Shown: one piece after another, positions 1-10,259 of the stretch
Layout: every line of letters starts with the position of its first letter
Numbering within the stretch: the first letter of the stretch is position 1
Origin: Pelagomonas calceolata
Taxonomy: Eukaryota
DNA: 64,000 bases
NCBI GenBank assembly: GCA_918797485.1
Contig: CAKKNE010000003.1
Span: 1,178,001-1,242,000, forward strand
Reading direction: 5' to 3'
Notes under the pieces: generated by a model
The model's input: only the letters and a program-made list of their open reading frames with translations
Told to the model about the DNA's origin: nothing
The model's database searches: none
Translations under genes and position numbers: made by a program

Positions 1-3000
1 GCGGCATCCGCGTTTGCCCATTGTGCACTCGCTCGTGCCACAGCTTCCAAGAGGAGGGAGGCGGCGGATAATCGGGATGCGAGAAGGCGGCTGATGGATG
101 CTACCGAAGGCAAGCGCAAGACGCGGGATGTACGGGCGGTGCTCGGCTGTTCTGTACAGGTCGAAGGACAGACGAACTGGTCATTAGCGTCGTCTTTCGG
201 CGACGGTCTCAGGAACGCTTCTGTGGTAGCACCTAGGGAAGACGCTGCGGTCGAGCTGAAGGCGCACGACGACCCGCGCGAGGTCGAGGCGCAGATTAGG
301 AGAGCCCAGGCCGCCCACGACGCCGTCATCCGCAAGCGTGAAGAGGTGGCACAGGCGCTGAACGCGAAGCAGTCGCGGTCGCAGGAGGTTTCCGATGATG
401 ATGAAGAAGAGGAGGTGAAGCCGTCGCCCCAGAAACAGCAACAGCCAGTTCAGGATGATGATGAGGAAGAGCACGACGATGTTGTTCTCGAATTAGATGA
501 CGTGGCCCGCGTGACGCGGAAAGGTTTAGTACGGGGTCGCTTCGTGCTCACGGAGCAGTCCTTCAAGTGGAGAGGGGGCGAGTCGTACGACGGTAGACTG
601 AACGACGTCTCCGCCGTGCTTCTGAGACGATATAGGTTGAGAGATGCCGGCGTCGAGATCTACGCTTCAAGTGGTGAGTCCTTGTTCCTAGATTGCACGG
701 CGGAACGGTTAGTACCCAGAGACATCACGGAGACGTTTTCCGACGACGATGCTTCAGACAACGACGAGCCGGGTTCACCAACGCCGTTCGGGGACCGACG
801 GTCGAGCCTGGAGCCGCCTTCTCTCGACCAAGCCGTGAAAGATGGTAAAAGAAGGGACGAATTGGTGCGGAAGCTCATCTCCAGTGTAAGAACGGCTCGA
901 GCTCGAGGTGGCGGGAACGGCGATCGCGGCCCGCCGGGCTTGTTTCCCCTGTTGCAGGCGCCTAAAACACATCCTAGGCGACTATTGAGGAGAGCCACGC
1001 GGTGCTGGCAGGAGCGGCAGTTGTCGAACTTCGACTATTTACTGATAGTAAATGCTTTAGCTGGCCGGTCCTTCGAAGATCCCTGTCAATACCCGGTCAT
1101 GCCCTGGGTCATCTGCGACTTCAAGAGTCATACTCTATATTTAGATCGACCCCAGACCTACCGAGACCTCCGGAAGCCGATGGGGGCCATCAACGAAGAT
1201 AGGTTAAGGGAGACGGTCAAGCGCCACGACGCCTTTGATGATACGCACATGCCGAAATTCCACTACGGGTCGCATTATTCTACCGCTGCCGGTGTCGTGG
1301 TGCACTACTTAGTAAGATGCCGGCCCTGGAGTGAATTACATTGCGATTTGCAGGGTGGCCGGTTTGACGTCGCCGATAGGTTATTTGCTTCGGTCTCAGA
1401 TGCCTGGGACGCGAACAGCGGTGCCCGCGGCGAGAAGGCCGGCAACGAGGTGAAGGAGCTGACGCCGGAGTGGTACTCGTCGTCGGCGTTTCTGGTCAAT
1501 AGAGGCAGGCTCCCGCTCGGTGCCGCGCAGGACGGGCGCGAGGTCAAGGACGTGGCCTTGCCGCCCTGGGCTGAAAACTCACCTTCGAAGTTCGTGGCCG
1601 GCATGCGTTCAGCTTTAGAACATTCCTACACGTCCTTGCATTTACACGACTGGTTAGATTTGATCTTTGGGCGGAAGCAGCGGGGACCGCTTGCGGTAGA
1701 GTCGGCCAACGTGTTCTTCTACCTGTGCTACGGGGATCAAGTTGATCTAGATGCGATCGAGAACCCGAAACTACGAGCGGCCACTGTACTCCAAGCGTCG
1801 CACTTCGGCCAGTGCCCGCTCCAGCTCCACTCGACGCGGCCGTGGCCCTGCCGCGGGCCGCCGCCGCGCTGGCGGCCCCGCGTGTTAACCTCACAAGTGC
1901 AGGACGACCCGCGGTTGCAGTGCTTCGTGCCAAGGGAACCGGCCAACGAGTCGCTGGCCGTCGCGCGCGCGGCGGGGCTCTTCCACGGCTTTCGAAGTAG
2001 TTCACCGTTGGCCATAAGGGCGACCGCGGGTAGAGTTGTCATCATCGACGGCGGCGGCGACATCTGCGTCCTGGGCTGGGCCGACGACCTCGTCGAGGAA
2101 GAGACTGACGTTGGAAGGAGGCGGTGCTCGCTGCGGCCCCTCGCGGCACCAGACGAGTTAGTAAAAGGCCCGTCGACGGGCGAGCAGGCGGTGGAAAGAG
2201 TCGTGTGCCGGGACGCGTCGCAGCTCGGCGTGTCCTCATCTGCTGAATGTTCCATCTCGGTCGATGGTGCACTCATTGCATCAATTGATGTAGATTACGT
2301 TGGAGCCTTGCGAGTGACGCAGCTGGATCTAGGCGACGACGGCCAGGAGGCCGTCGACGTCCGAGCAAGGCCCTGCGGCGAGGCTTCTGTGGTGTGCTTT
2401 GATTGCGACTTAACGCTCGTAAAGTGCGGCGAGGGCGACGGCGAGCGGATCGGCGCGGACCCTGCTGCTGGGGCGCCACCAGCTCTAGATGTGTCTATAC
2501 TGGTAGGTGCCGCGGACGGCCGCGCCGGCGTCTGGCGCGTGGACCGCGCGTCGCGGCCCTGGCCGCGGAGGGCGCGGCTACGTCGCCGGGCGGACGTCGT
2601 CTTCCGCGGCCACGACGCGGCCGTCGTCGCCGGGGTGCTATCGAGGGAGCTGGGCGTCTGCGTGACGAACGCTGTGGATGGCCGCACATTAGTCCATTCG
2701 TTACGAGACGGTGCTTTGTTACGGGAGCTCGTCGCCTCGCGGCCGTCGACGTCGCCCGCTATTGCCGTGGGGCTGAGCGGCCCGCTGGCGTTGGTTGCCT
2801 TGGCGCGGCCGGTCGGGCCCTCCACACTCCTCGATGTGCACGACGTGAACGGCGGCTGCATCGGTGAAGCGTGCGTCGCCTCGAAGGTCTGCTCGGCGCA
2901 CGTCTGCGGGCCGCTCGGCGACGTGCTTGTTGTGGTGACGTCACATAGTGTCGAGCTGCGGGCCCTGCCGTCTTTACAACTAACGAAGAAGGTGGACTCG

Positions 3001-3381
3001 AAGCTTTTCGCGCCGCCGGGCGAGGCGCCGACGCTCTCCTTGTTAACGTTCGCGCCGGACCCGCTGGCGCCGTGTGCCGCGGTCGCGGCGTTTGACGATG
3101 GTCTTGTAGCCTTGCGCGTCCTCGCCGGTTCCGAGGCCTGGGCCGAACGGCGGTCCCAGCGCGCGACGGGCGTCGTCGCGGCCGCGTCGCGACGGGCGTC
3201 CCAAGTCATGCGCTTCGCCGCCTCTGTGGCTTCGCGGGGCAACGAGGTCGCGTCGGCGGCGCGCGATGTTGTGGGAGAGGCGCGGGCCCAGCGGCTTCCC
3301 TCGTTTACTACTGCGACGAAACTCGTGAGCGGCTTGCTGCGGGGGCGGTCGTCTGCCGCGTCGTTTGACCAGGATGATTAG
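1..3381 (+). CDS. PH-BEACH-WD40 protein (neurobeachin/LRBA-like), 5'-truncated by the window
   Basis: Frame is open from base 1. BEACH motifs SNFDYLLIVNALAGRSF, QYPVMPWV, FHYGSHYS, VKELTPEWY, WLDLIFG and FGQCP are present, with a PH-like LLRRYRLRDAGVEI before and WD40-like repeats after. Confidence 0.92.
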   Translation, partial: AASAFAHCALARATASKRREAADNRDARRRLMDATEGKRKTRDVRAVLGCSVQVEGQTNWSLASSFGDGLRNASVVAPREDAAVELKAHDDPREVEAQIRRAQAAHDAVIRKREEVAQALNAKQSRSQEVSDDDEEEEVKPSPQKQQQPVQDDDEEEHDDVVLELDDVARVTRKGLVRGRFVLTEQSFKWRGGESYDGRLNDVSAVLLRRYRLRDAGVEIYASSGESLFLDCTAERLVPRDITETFSDDDASDNDEPGSPTPFGDRRSSLEPPSLDQAVKDGKRRDELVRKLISSVRTARARGGGNGDRGPPGLFPLLQAPKTHPRRLLRRATRCWQERQLSNFDYLLIVNALAGRSFEDPCQYPVMPWVICDFKSHTLYLDRPQTYRDLRKPMGAINEDRLRETVKRHDAFDDTHMPKFHYGSHYSTAAGVVVHYLVRCRPWSELHCDLQGGRFDVADRLFASVSDAWDANSGARGEKAGNEVKELTPEWYSSSAFLVNRGRLPLGAAQDGREVKDVALPPWAENSPSKFVAGMRSALEHSYTSLHLHDWLDLIFGRKQRGPLAVESANVFFYLCYGDQVDLDAIENPKLRAATVLQASHFGQCPLQLHSTRPWPCRGPPPRWRPRVLTSQVQDDPRLQCFVPREPANESLAVARAAGLFHGFRSSSPLAIRATAGRVVIIDGGGDICVLGWADDLVEEETDVGRRRCSLRPLAAPDELVKGPSTGEQAVERVVCRDASQLGVSSSAECSISVDGALIASIDVDYVGALRVTQLDLGDDGQEAVDVRARPCGEASVVCFDCDLTLVKCGEGDGERIGADPAAGAPPALDVSILVGAADGRAGVWRVDRASRPWPRRARLRRRADVVFRGHDAAVVAGVLSRELGVCVTNAVDGRTLVHSLRDGALLRELVASRPSTSPAIAVGLSGPLALVALARPVGPSTLLDVHDVNGGCIGEACVASKVCSAHVCGPLGDVLVVVTSHSVELRALPSLQLTKKVDSKLFAPPGEAPTLSLLTFAPDPLAPCAAVAAFDDGLVALRVLAGSEAWAERRSQRATGVVAAASRRASQVMRFAASVASRGNEVASAARDVVGEARAQRLPSFTTATKLVSGLLRGRSSAASFDQDD

Positions 3382-3418
3382 TGTGTGGTGTATAGAAATT
3401 GATTGTATGATAAGATAC

Positions 3419-3754
3419 TTAGTCCATCGTGAAGGTTTGATCGCCTAGCTCGAGCACGAACTCAAACCCGGCCACTAGTTCGTCCTTCGTCCGGTAGAGC
3501 GGGACATCGATGCGGTTGAAACACGTATGTGCACGCGGGTAGACGGCCTGGCTCAACTCCAGAGAGGTCAGAGTAAATTTGCGCAAGACGCCGTCCCGGC
3601 CCATGAGATGAGAAAAGCCTTGAACAGGGACGCGCGCATGCCCGGTCGTCCACTGCAGCAGCTGGGCCCTTCTTTCGGGTGACCACGCGCGGACCATCTG
3701 CCAGAACCACTGGCACACCTCATGTTCCTCGCCGTCGGTCTGGAAGGCGCCCTC
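3419..3754 (-). pseudogene. Orphan C-lobe fragment of a HECT E3 ubiquitin ligase
   Basis: Reads EGAFQTDGEEHEVCQWFW...LLQWTTG..RVPVQGF...PRAHTCFNRIDVP, with the catalytic Cys intact. An in-frame TGA lies immediately upstream and no N-lobe is visible. Confidence 0.7.
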
Positions 3755-4130
3755 TCATCTTTGTTCTCAGATTATTTGCCACCACCCGATAGCGCTCACG
3801 CCGCGCCGCGGCCTCGCGGCTAGATGATTGAGAGGTCAGTCTAGAGCCCTCGCCGACGTCTCCACCTATTCGGAGCTCGACGCGGCGCCCGGGCAAATGC
3901 CCTGCATCACAGACGACACACTAGCCCCACACTTGCGGGGCCGTGCCGGAACCCTTTGGAGCTTTCTAGAGGAGTAAAAGTACGGCTCACGGCGTCGCCG
4001 CGCCGCCGCGCCGCAAGCTGCGGCTCGCGCCCCGGCGAACGCGCCCGACCGCCAAATCGATCGAACTAAATAGGGGTGCCATCTTAAGCTCCAGACTACC
4101 CCGAACGAACTCGCGCGCGCGGCAGGAGGT

Positions 4131-4199
4131 CTTCGCGTGCCGGTGGGTTCGGCCCCGCACCAATCATAGAGGCGCGGGGCGTCATAATCGCGACGCAAG
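4131..4199 (-). promoter_or_regulatory. SECIS-like element in the Prx5 3' UTR
   Basis: Minus strand reads CTTGCGT..ATGAC-GCCCCGCGCC-TCTATGATT-GGTGCGGGGC-CGAA..ACGCGAAG. This gives a UGA/GA kink-turn core, a 10-bp upper helix and a lower helix, about 35 nt after the stop. Confidence 0.8.
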
Positions 4200-4232
4200 G
4201 TCGATCGGGTCGCCTGGTTTTGAGACAGCTGT

Positions 4233-4799
4233 CTAGAGGCTCTTGAGCACGTTCTCGACGAGCGACGCCGACGGGTCGTCGTCGCCCGCCGGGTCGCCCG
4301 GCGCCGCGCTCACGAACAAGTTCGTGCACTTGCCGTCGTCGAAGACAGCCGCAAAGCGCTTCGACCGCACGTAGCCGAGCTGCGGCGGCGTGCCCTCCAT
4401 CTCGAGGTCCAGCGCCGCCGTGAAGGCCCGCGTCGGGTCCGCGAGCGGCGTCACGATGGACGAGGGCTTGATCATCATGTCGTCGAACCAGGCCTGCATC
4501 ACGGCCATGTCGTTCACGCAGTAGACCAGCACCTCATCGATCCCCTTTGCTTTCAACTCTTCTTCTTTCGAGTAGTAGCCGGGGACCTGGAGCCCGGATC
4601 AGGTCGGCGTGAACGCCCCGGGCAAGCCGACCACAATGGTCTTCTTGCCGGCGAGGCGCGCGGGCACGTCCACCAACTCGTTCGGGAACTCCTTGACGAG
4701 CGTCGTGCCGGCCGGGATGCTGTCGCCGACCGCCAAGTTCGTGCGCGTAAGCGGCGCGTGCGCCGCGAAGGCGCTCTTGATCGCGCTCTTGAAGAGCAT
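4233..4799 (-). CDS. PRX5: Type II peroxiredoxin (Prx5 family), probable selenoprotein with Sec at TGA 4599-4601
   Basis: One frame reads VGLPGAFTPT-TGA-SGLQVPGY...KAKGIDEVLVYCVND...LADP...RSKRFA. The TGA replaces the Cys of PGAFTPxCS. A possible 5' UTR intron lies at about 4807-4899. Confidence 0.9.
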
Positions 4800-5555
4800 C
4801 GTGGGCCTGCGTAGCGAGTGTTGGCTCTCTCGTCGATGGCGTCGCGGCCCATGAGGTGTAAGATCGCTCGCGACCGCGTCGACGGCGTCGACGGCGCACA
4901 CGCGTGCGTCTCGCGTCGGTTTCGGCGCGTCGTTGACAGCTATGCAGCAGCGGAACTGCGGGTCCGATGTCGGCGCCCGCGGTTGCAGTTTCACTGCAGT
5001 TCTCCACGGCTACCGGGCCGCAGGTTGAGTCCACTGCTTCTGTCATGCGCCTTACGCAGCTCTTCACGACGTATAGGACCCGTCGCCTCACTCGCCGAGC
5101 AGATTGAACTTTAGCGCACTCGCAGAGCACCGGTGCAATAACGTAAAGCACGACGCTTTTTGGTGCATGATCGGTCGTTTTGGGACACTGGCGGCCACTT
5201 CTAAGCTGGTTGCAAGGGCACGTGCGCGCGACGGGCCGTCCCAGACTGAGCGTGGCCAAGCGCTGCTGCAGTAGGGGGTGCCGCTGTGAAAAACGATCAC
5301 TACTCCAAGAGAGCACTCCGTCAGACTGCGTGCGCACGTATGGCTACTTTGACGGCTCGTCGCGGCGTCCACCATGCTAAACTGAGCAGCGCCAAGGGAG
5401 AGCTGTGTCGCCGCGGGGCAGCACACAAGGCTCCGACGCTGCCCAAGTAGGCCCATCCGCGACCAAGGAGCCTCAAGACGCCGACGAGGAAACCGCCTCC
5501 CAGGAGACAGCCGCACCAAGAGGCAGAGCCACAGCAAAGAGACAGCACAACAAAA

Positions 5556-6140
5556 ATGGCCCCCGGCGGCCCCAAGGACCCGCCGCCCTATGCTAAACCC
5601 CTCATCTTTGATCCCAGGACCATGTCCTCGCCGGCCGTTACGGTAAGGAAGGTGCGAGGGCCCTACCTCGACAAGCTCGTGTCGAGCATGCACAGCCCGC
5701 ACGCCGACGCGGCCGTCTGGCGGAATATGGCGCGCAAATTCCCGGTCGTGCCGGATTTGACCCATACGGGGATGAGGACCGTGGACATCGGCGAACACGA
5801 GGAGGACTTCACGAGACCCGACGGCCGCACGACAAAGGCGTTGCGGGAAACGATCAAGACGCAGATGAAGGGCATCCCCGACCCGAACACGTCGCAAGAC
5901 GTGCGACTGAGAGATGCCGCGCGCAACGTGAGGCCGCGGGGGCTCGACGCGAAATCTCTGGCCTCGTACGGCACGTACGCACCACCTTCCAGGGCGGACG
6001 CCGGCGAGTCGCTCGAGGAGGCCGTCTATGCGAGGGCGGGCGAATTGGGCCGGGACCGCTACGGCCGCAACAAGCGCACGCCCGCTCCGTTCTCGACGGC
6101 GTCGCTCGTGGACGCGATGCTCGCGGTCGAGTACGGGTAA
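5556..6140 (+). CDS. Hypothetical protein (194 aa)
   Basis: ATG follows an A-rich context and codon usage looks coding. No motif recognised. Confidence 0.55.
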   Translation: MAPGGPKDPPPYAKPLIFDPRTMSSPAVTVRKVRGPYLDKLVSSMHSPHADAAVWRNMARKFPVVPDLTHTGMRTVDIGEHEEDFTRPDGRTTKALRETIKTQMKGIPDPNTSQDVRLRDAARNVRPRGLDAKSLASYGTYAPPSRADAGESLEEAVYARAGELGRDRYGRNKRTPAPFSTASLVDAMLAVEYG

Positions 6141-6539
6141 CTATCCTTTACTGCCTTGTGTGTAGGGGTTGCGGCGGCGGCGTGCTGGTGGGATAGGGCA
6201 CCGCCTCGACGTCGATGCGTGCGCAGTCGCGTGCGCGTCCTCCTTGGCCGTATGGGAGTTCCATCGGAAATGTACTAGTAATGCGTCGTCTGACCGATCC
6301 TCTTGATCTCTCCGAAGCCTCCGCGGAGGTGCGCGCCTGCGCCCCGCACGAAAGCAAAGCGGCGGCGCGCCGGCCAGACAAACACTGCCGCCGACGAACT
6401 AGTCGCGCCGGACAGGACCTCAGGCAGCACCAGGGACCGCACCTGAGACCGTGCACGCGCCCGAGGGCTGCCCCTGCCGCACAGGGCACCACAGCCCAAA
6501 GGGAGAGAACCGGTCTGAGCCAAGCACCGCGGCTCGGCC

Positions 6540-6737
6540 ATGCACGACTCGCAGGGCACGAAGCAGGCCGACTTTAAGCTACGAGACACGTGCTCGCACG
6601 TCGAGGACGGCGAGAAGGCCGCGTTCATCACCTTCGCGATCATCTGCGTATTGGCGTGGTCGCTCATGGCCTGGTGGTACACGACGGGCGTCGACACGAC
6701 GGACAAACAGGTCCATAGGTATCTGCGGTTCAGGTAG
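6540..6737 (+). CDS. Possible small single-pass membrane protein
   Basis: 65-aa ORF with a hydrophobic stretch AAFITFAIICVLAWSLMAWWY. Confidence 0.35.
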   Translation: MHDSQGTKQADFKLRDTCSHVEDGEKAAFITFAIICVLAWSLMAWWYTTGVDTTDKQVHRYLRFR

Positions 6738-6982
6738 TTCGTTGTGTTCTGTGTGCCGGCGCGCGCGCGCGCGGCGGCTTTCGTCGAGGGGGGATTCGTA
6801 TCTAAGTTCCATCTCACGGACCTCGAGACCCTCGGGGAGTAGGTAGAAGGGGCACTGCGACCCGGAAATACGATTAATTGTTAGGCGAGAGTGGGCATCT
6901 CCTAGCGCAGCGCGCGCAGGAGGAGTCTTTTTTCTTTCTGGGATAGGTATGGGATAGGGGGTTCAAGGTGATGAGCGGGAAT

Positions 6983-8541
6983 TCAGTGGCGCGGCGAGGT
7001 CGGCGGCGACGGCCCGCCGCCCTTGCGGCGCATGTAGCCCTGGCGGCCGCGCTCGCGGCAGCGGTCGCACTTCGACGCGGCGAGCTTCTCCGCGAAGGCC
7101 ACCAGGTTGCGGAAGCGCTTGCAGCCCTTGCACCACTTGAAGTGGATGTCCGACGCGCAGTGGCGCCACAAAGCCTTGTCGCACTCGCGGCAGACGTCCT
7201 TGTTCTGGCGCGGGATGATCACCGACCCTCCGAGCGTCCGTTCGGCGCCCGGCTGCACGTCGTCCCGGTCGTCTCCCATCCCGTCCAGCCGCGGGTTCCG
7301 CGGCTGCGGCGGCGCCCGCTCGGGCAGGGGCTCGCGCGGGTTCGCGTCGCGCGGGCGGCGGCCGCACATGACGCAGTGGAGTTGCGTCCGCGACTTGGCT
7401 CTGGGGAAGTTCACTAAGAGCTCGTAGGCCGGCGCCGGGCCCGGGTCCAACAAGCGCGCTCCCGGCGGGTCGGCCACCGTCGCCGCGACCGTGCCCCGGA
7501 AGCGCGCGACGGGCTGGTCGGGGCCCGGATGCGCGTCGCTCGCGCGCGGGCGGTCGTCGCGTCTCGATCTCCTCTTCGGCGCACCACTCAAAGCGTGGCG
7601 CGCCGCCGTGCGCTGCGTCCGTTGTTGCGGTGGTGGTTCTTCAACCTCCGGTTCAGAGGCGAGGGAGTCGCAGCGCGGCCGCGGCCGGCCGCCGTCGTCC
7701 GATCTGGCGCTTCCGAAGCTTCCTACGGAACCGAGCCGCGCGCGCCGCTTCCTTTCTGAGAATAAGTCGTCCTCGCCCAAGAGACCTGTGTGTGTATCAA
7801 GTGAACCTCCGCGCCGTCGAGCAGGCGTAGTTTCCTCTCTCGTGCGTGCCCGCCGCGACGGCATGGAAGTGGTGTAGAAATCACCAACACGCCATCGCCG
7901 CGACAGCGTACGGAACCTCCACGCCATCGAGCAGACGCGAGCCTGAAATCTGATTTCCGCGCAGGAGGCGAACCGCTGGACAGCGTCGGCATCTCCATGT
8001 CGAAGCCCATCAATTGATCATCAGTAGAAAAGAGCTCGGCTGAGGGGGGAGGCCGCCTAGCGGCAAACAACACTTCTGCGGTGGAGTCGAGGTCGAGCTC
8101 CGCGAGCAAGTCGATGGAGCCCTCCCTCGGTCGGGATTCCACTGTAGAGACATTCACACCTCTAGAACGATCCAAATAGCCCTGCTTGACCAGCCTCTCG
8201 AGTCTTTCCGCGTCGCCCTGATGGTAGTCGTCGAGGGCACCCCTGAGTGCTTCATCTCCAAAAATGATCAGGTCCTTGAGGGCGCCCTTCTGCGTCGAGG
8301 ACACCAAGCCGGCCTTCTCGAGTTCCGACGCGGACCGCAGCCGAGAACTAAGAGAGAGGTCGACGGAGTTCGTCCTCGAGCGCGACACGGAGCCGGCGCG
8401 CGCCCGCTTCGGCATGGCGTTGCCGTAGGACGACGGCGTGGCCTGGGGCGGGCTGTGGAGCGGCCGCTGCTCGTAGTTGTTGTACGCGTCCTGCGGCGCG
8501 GAGACCGGCAGCGCGACGGGCGTGTCGGCTAGTAGGGCCAT
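6983..8541 (-). CDS. Cys-rich zinc-finger protein with an SBP-like C-terminus, putative transcription factor (intron 7786-7973)
   Basis: VCRECDK...FKWCKGCKRFRNLVAF...SKCDRCRERGRQGYMRRK resembles the SBP pattern RFCQQCSRFH..F...SCR...RRRK. A GT-AG intron joins two ORFs in frame. Confidence 0.6.
7786..7964. mobile_element. Degenerate introner element
   Basis: Ends are CTGTGTGTGTATCA...TGATTTCCGCGCAG with internal CGCCATCGA repeats. The TSD has eroded. Confidence 0.7.
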
Positions 8542-9164
8542 CTTGTTTCCAGGGAGCTGGTGTTTTTGTAAGGATGGAGGGCCAGGAAAATGACTGGGCG
8601 GGGCCACGGGGTTGAAACTGCAGCGTCTCGCGGGCTATATCCAGCCCCTGTTACGCTGATATGGAAACCGGCCTGTTTGGAGCGCCCTGGGTGCCCTGGC
8701 TGGATTCCGAGCGTTCGGGGCCGACCGGTAGTACCACTGCTAGGTCTCTCCCGCGCCGGCTTGGCTCAAACAGCAATACCCGTGGAGGGAGAGACGAGTT
8801 CACTGGGAGACCTTTAGCTTGCCAGCACGCCTCTGTTTTTGTTGAGGCCCGGCCAAGCACGCCTCTTTCGAGTCGTCCCCCCGCCACGAGGGCAGGCGAA
8901 CGCGCTCCGTCGCGACGCTTCTCGTTGGTCTCTCTAGCTATAGACTCTAGAGTGTCGAAGGTGCTTGGCAGGAGCCGCAATTAGCAGAGCACCAGCCCTA
9001 GCAGCGATCGCTGGACAGGCCGACAGGCCTCGCCACCCTACACGAGGCGCTGAAGCCGTGAAACGCGCTGCCAGCGCGAGCGCGCACGCCGGCAACTCCG
9101 GAGAGCGCGCGCCAAGCAAGCTCTCGCCGCAGCGCGCGCGCGAGGCGCCGGGCCCTAAAAAACA

Positions 9165-10151
9165 ATGGCCGACGCCTCCGACGCCGACCTCGACTACCTC
9201 GACGAGTACGATCCCGACCGGGGCATCCCCTTCTCCACTCATTTAATCGCGGGCAGCGGCGCCGGCCTCGCCGAGCACCTCTTCGTCTTCCCGCTGGACA
9301 CCGTCAAAACGCACGCCCAGTGTGTGGGGTCTTGTGGAAGAACGCAGGTCGCGGACATCTTCTGCCTGAAGCACGCCCGCCAATTAGTAAATGACGGCCT
9401 CACGACGGGCACCGGCGCTAGGAGACTCTGGCGGGGCGTTTCGGCGGTATCATTAGCCTGCGCCCCGGCCCACGCCCTCTACTTCGGCGCCTTCGAAGCG
9501 GTCAGGAGCATGGAGGCCCAACCTTCGCATGCCACGAACGCCCTAGCAGGGGCCGTCGCCGTAGTAGGCCACGACGCGCTGATGACGCCCGCCGACGTCC
9601 TCAAGCAGCGGTTGCAGCTGGGGCACCACCGGGGCCTCTGGGACGCCTGGACCTGCTCGCTGAAGCACGGGGGGCTGGCGGGGCTGTATCGTTCGTTACC
9701 CACAACTCTAGCGATGAACATTCCCTACGGCTGCGTGTCCGTGGCCGCCAACGAGGCCCTCAAGGCCAAGATGAAGCGTAATTCCGGAGACAAGCTGGGC
9801 GTCGGGTCGTTACTCGCTTGTGGTGGTTTAGCTGGCGCGGTCGCCTCATTGGCGACAACACCATTGGACGTGGTGAAAACTAGACTACAAACACAACACT
9901 TAACGTGCTCGCTGGGCGCCGCATCAGCAACGCACGACTTCGGCACCAGGAGCCTCTCGACGGCCGCGCGGCCGCCCCGAGTGATGTTCTCGGGATTCGC
10001 CGACGCGGCCTCGCACATCTGGCGCGCCGACGGCGCGGTCGGCTTTTATCGAGGGGCGGCCGTGCGGGCGCTCGCGCAGGCGCCGTCGGTGGCCATCGTT
10101 TGGACGACGTACGAGCTGTTCGTGCGGACGCTGTCGCCGTCTCCGCCCTAG
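9165..10151 (+). CDS. Mitochondrial carrier, mitoferrin (MRS3/4-like)
   Basis: Three carrier signatures PLDTVKT, PADVLKQR and PLDVVKTR. Mitoferrin-type motifs AEH, PAHALYF, HDALMTP and MNIPY. Confidence 0.88.
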   Translation: MADASDADLDYLDEYDPDRGIPFSTHLIAGSGAGLAEHLFVFPLDTVKTHAQCVGSCGRTQVADIFCLKHARQLVNDGLTTGTGARRLWRGVSAVSLACAPAHALYFGAFEAVRSMEAQPSHATNALAGAVAVVGHDALMTPADVLKQRLQLGHHRGLWDAWTCSLKHGGLAGLYRSLPTTLAMNIPYGCVSVAANEALKAKMKRNSGDKLGVGSLLACGGLAGAVASLATTPLDVVKTRLQTQHLTCSLGAASATHDFGTRSLSTAARPPRVMFSGFADAASHIWRADGAVGFYRGAAVRALAQAPSVAIVWTTYELFVRTLSPSPP

Positions 10152-10179
10152 AGGCCCTGTTCTAACTTGCTTTAATTAC

Positions 10180-10235
10180 TCGCGGCGATGGCGTGGGGGC
10201 GGCGCGTCCGTCTAGTCTAGACGCCATCGCCGCGA
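10180..10235. repeat. 15-bp perfect inverted repeat between convergent genes
   Basis: TCGCGGCGATGGCGT (10180-10194) pairs with ACGCCATCGCCGCGA (10221-10235). Confidence 0.85.
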
Positions 10236-10259
10236 CGAAAAATAACAAATCACAAGTTA

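Noticed and set aside
4599..4601. Prx5 as a nonsense pseudogene
   Set aside because: The stop is TGA exactly at the catalytic Cys, both halves are intact and a SECIS-like hairpin follows. Sec is the better explanation.
6148..6846. Several overlapping ORFs on both strands
   Set aside because: No recognisable motifs. Only the small TM-containing ORF is kept, at low confidence.
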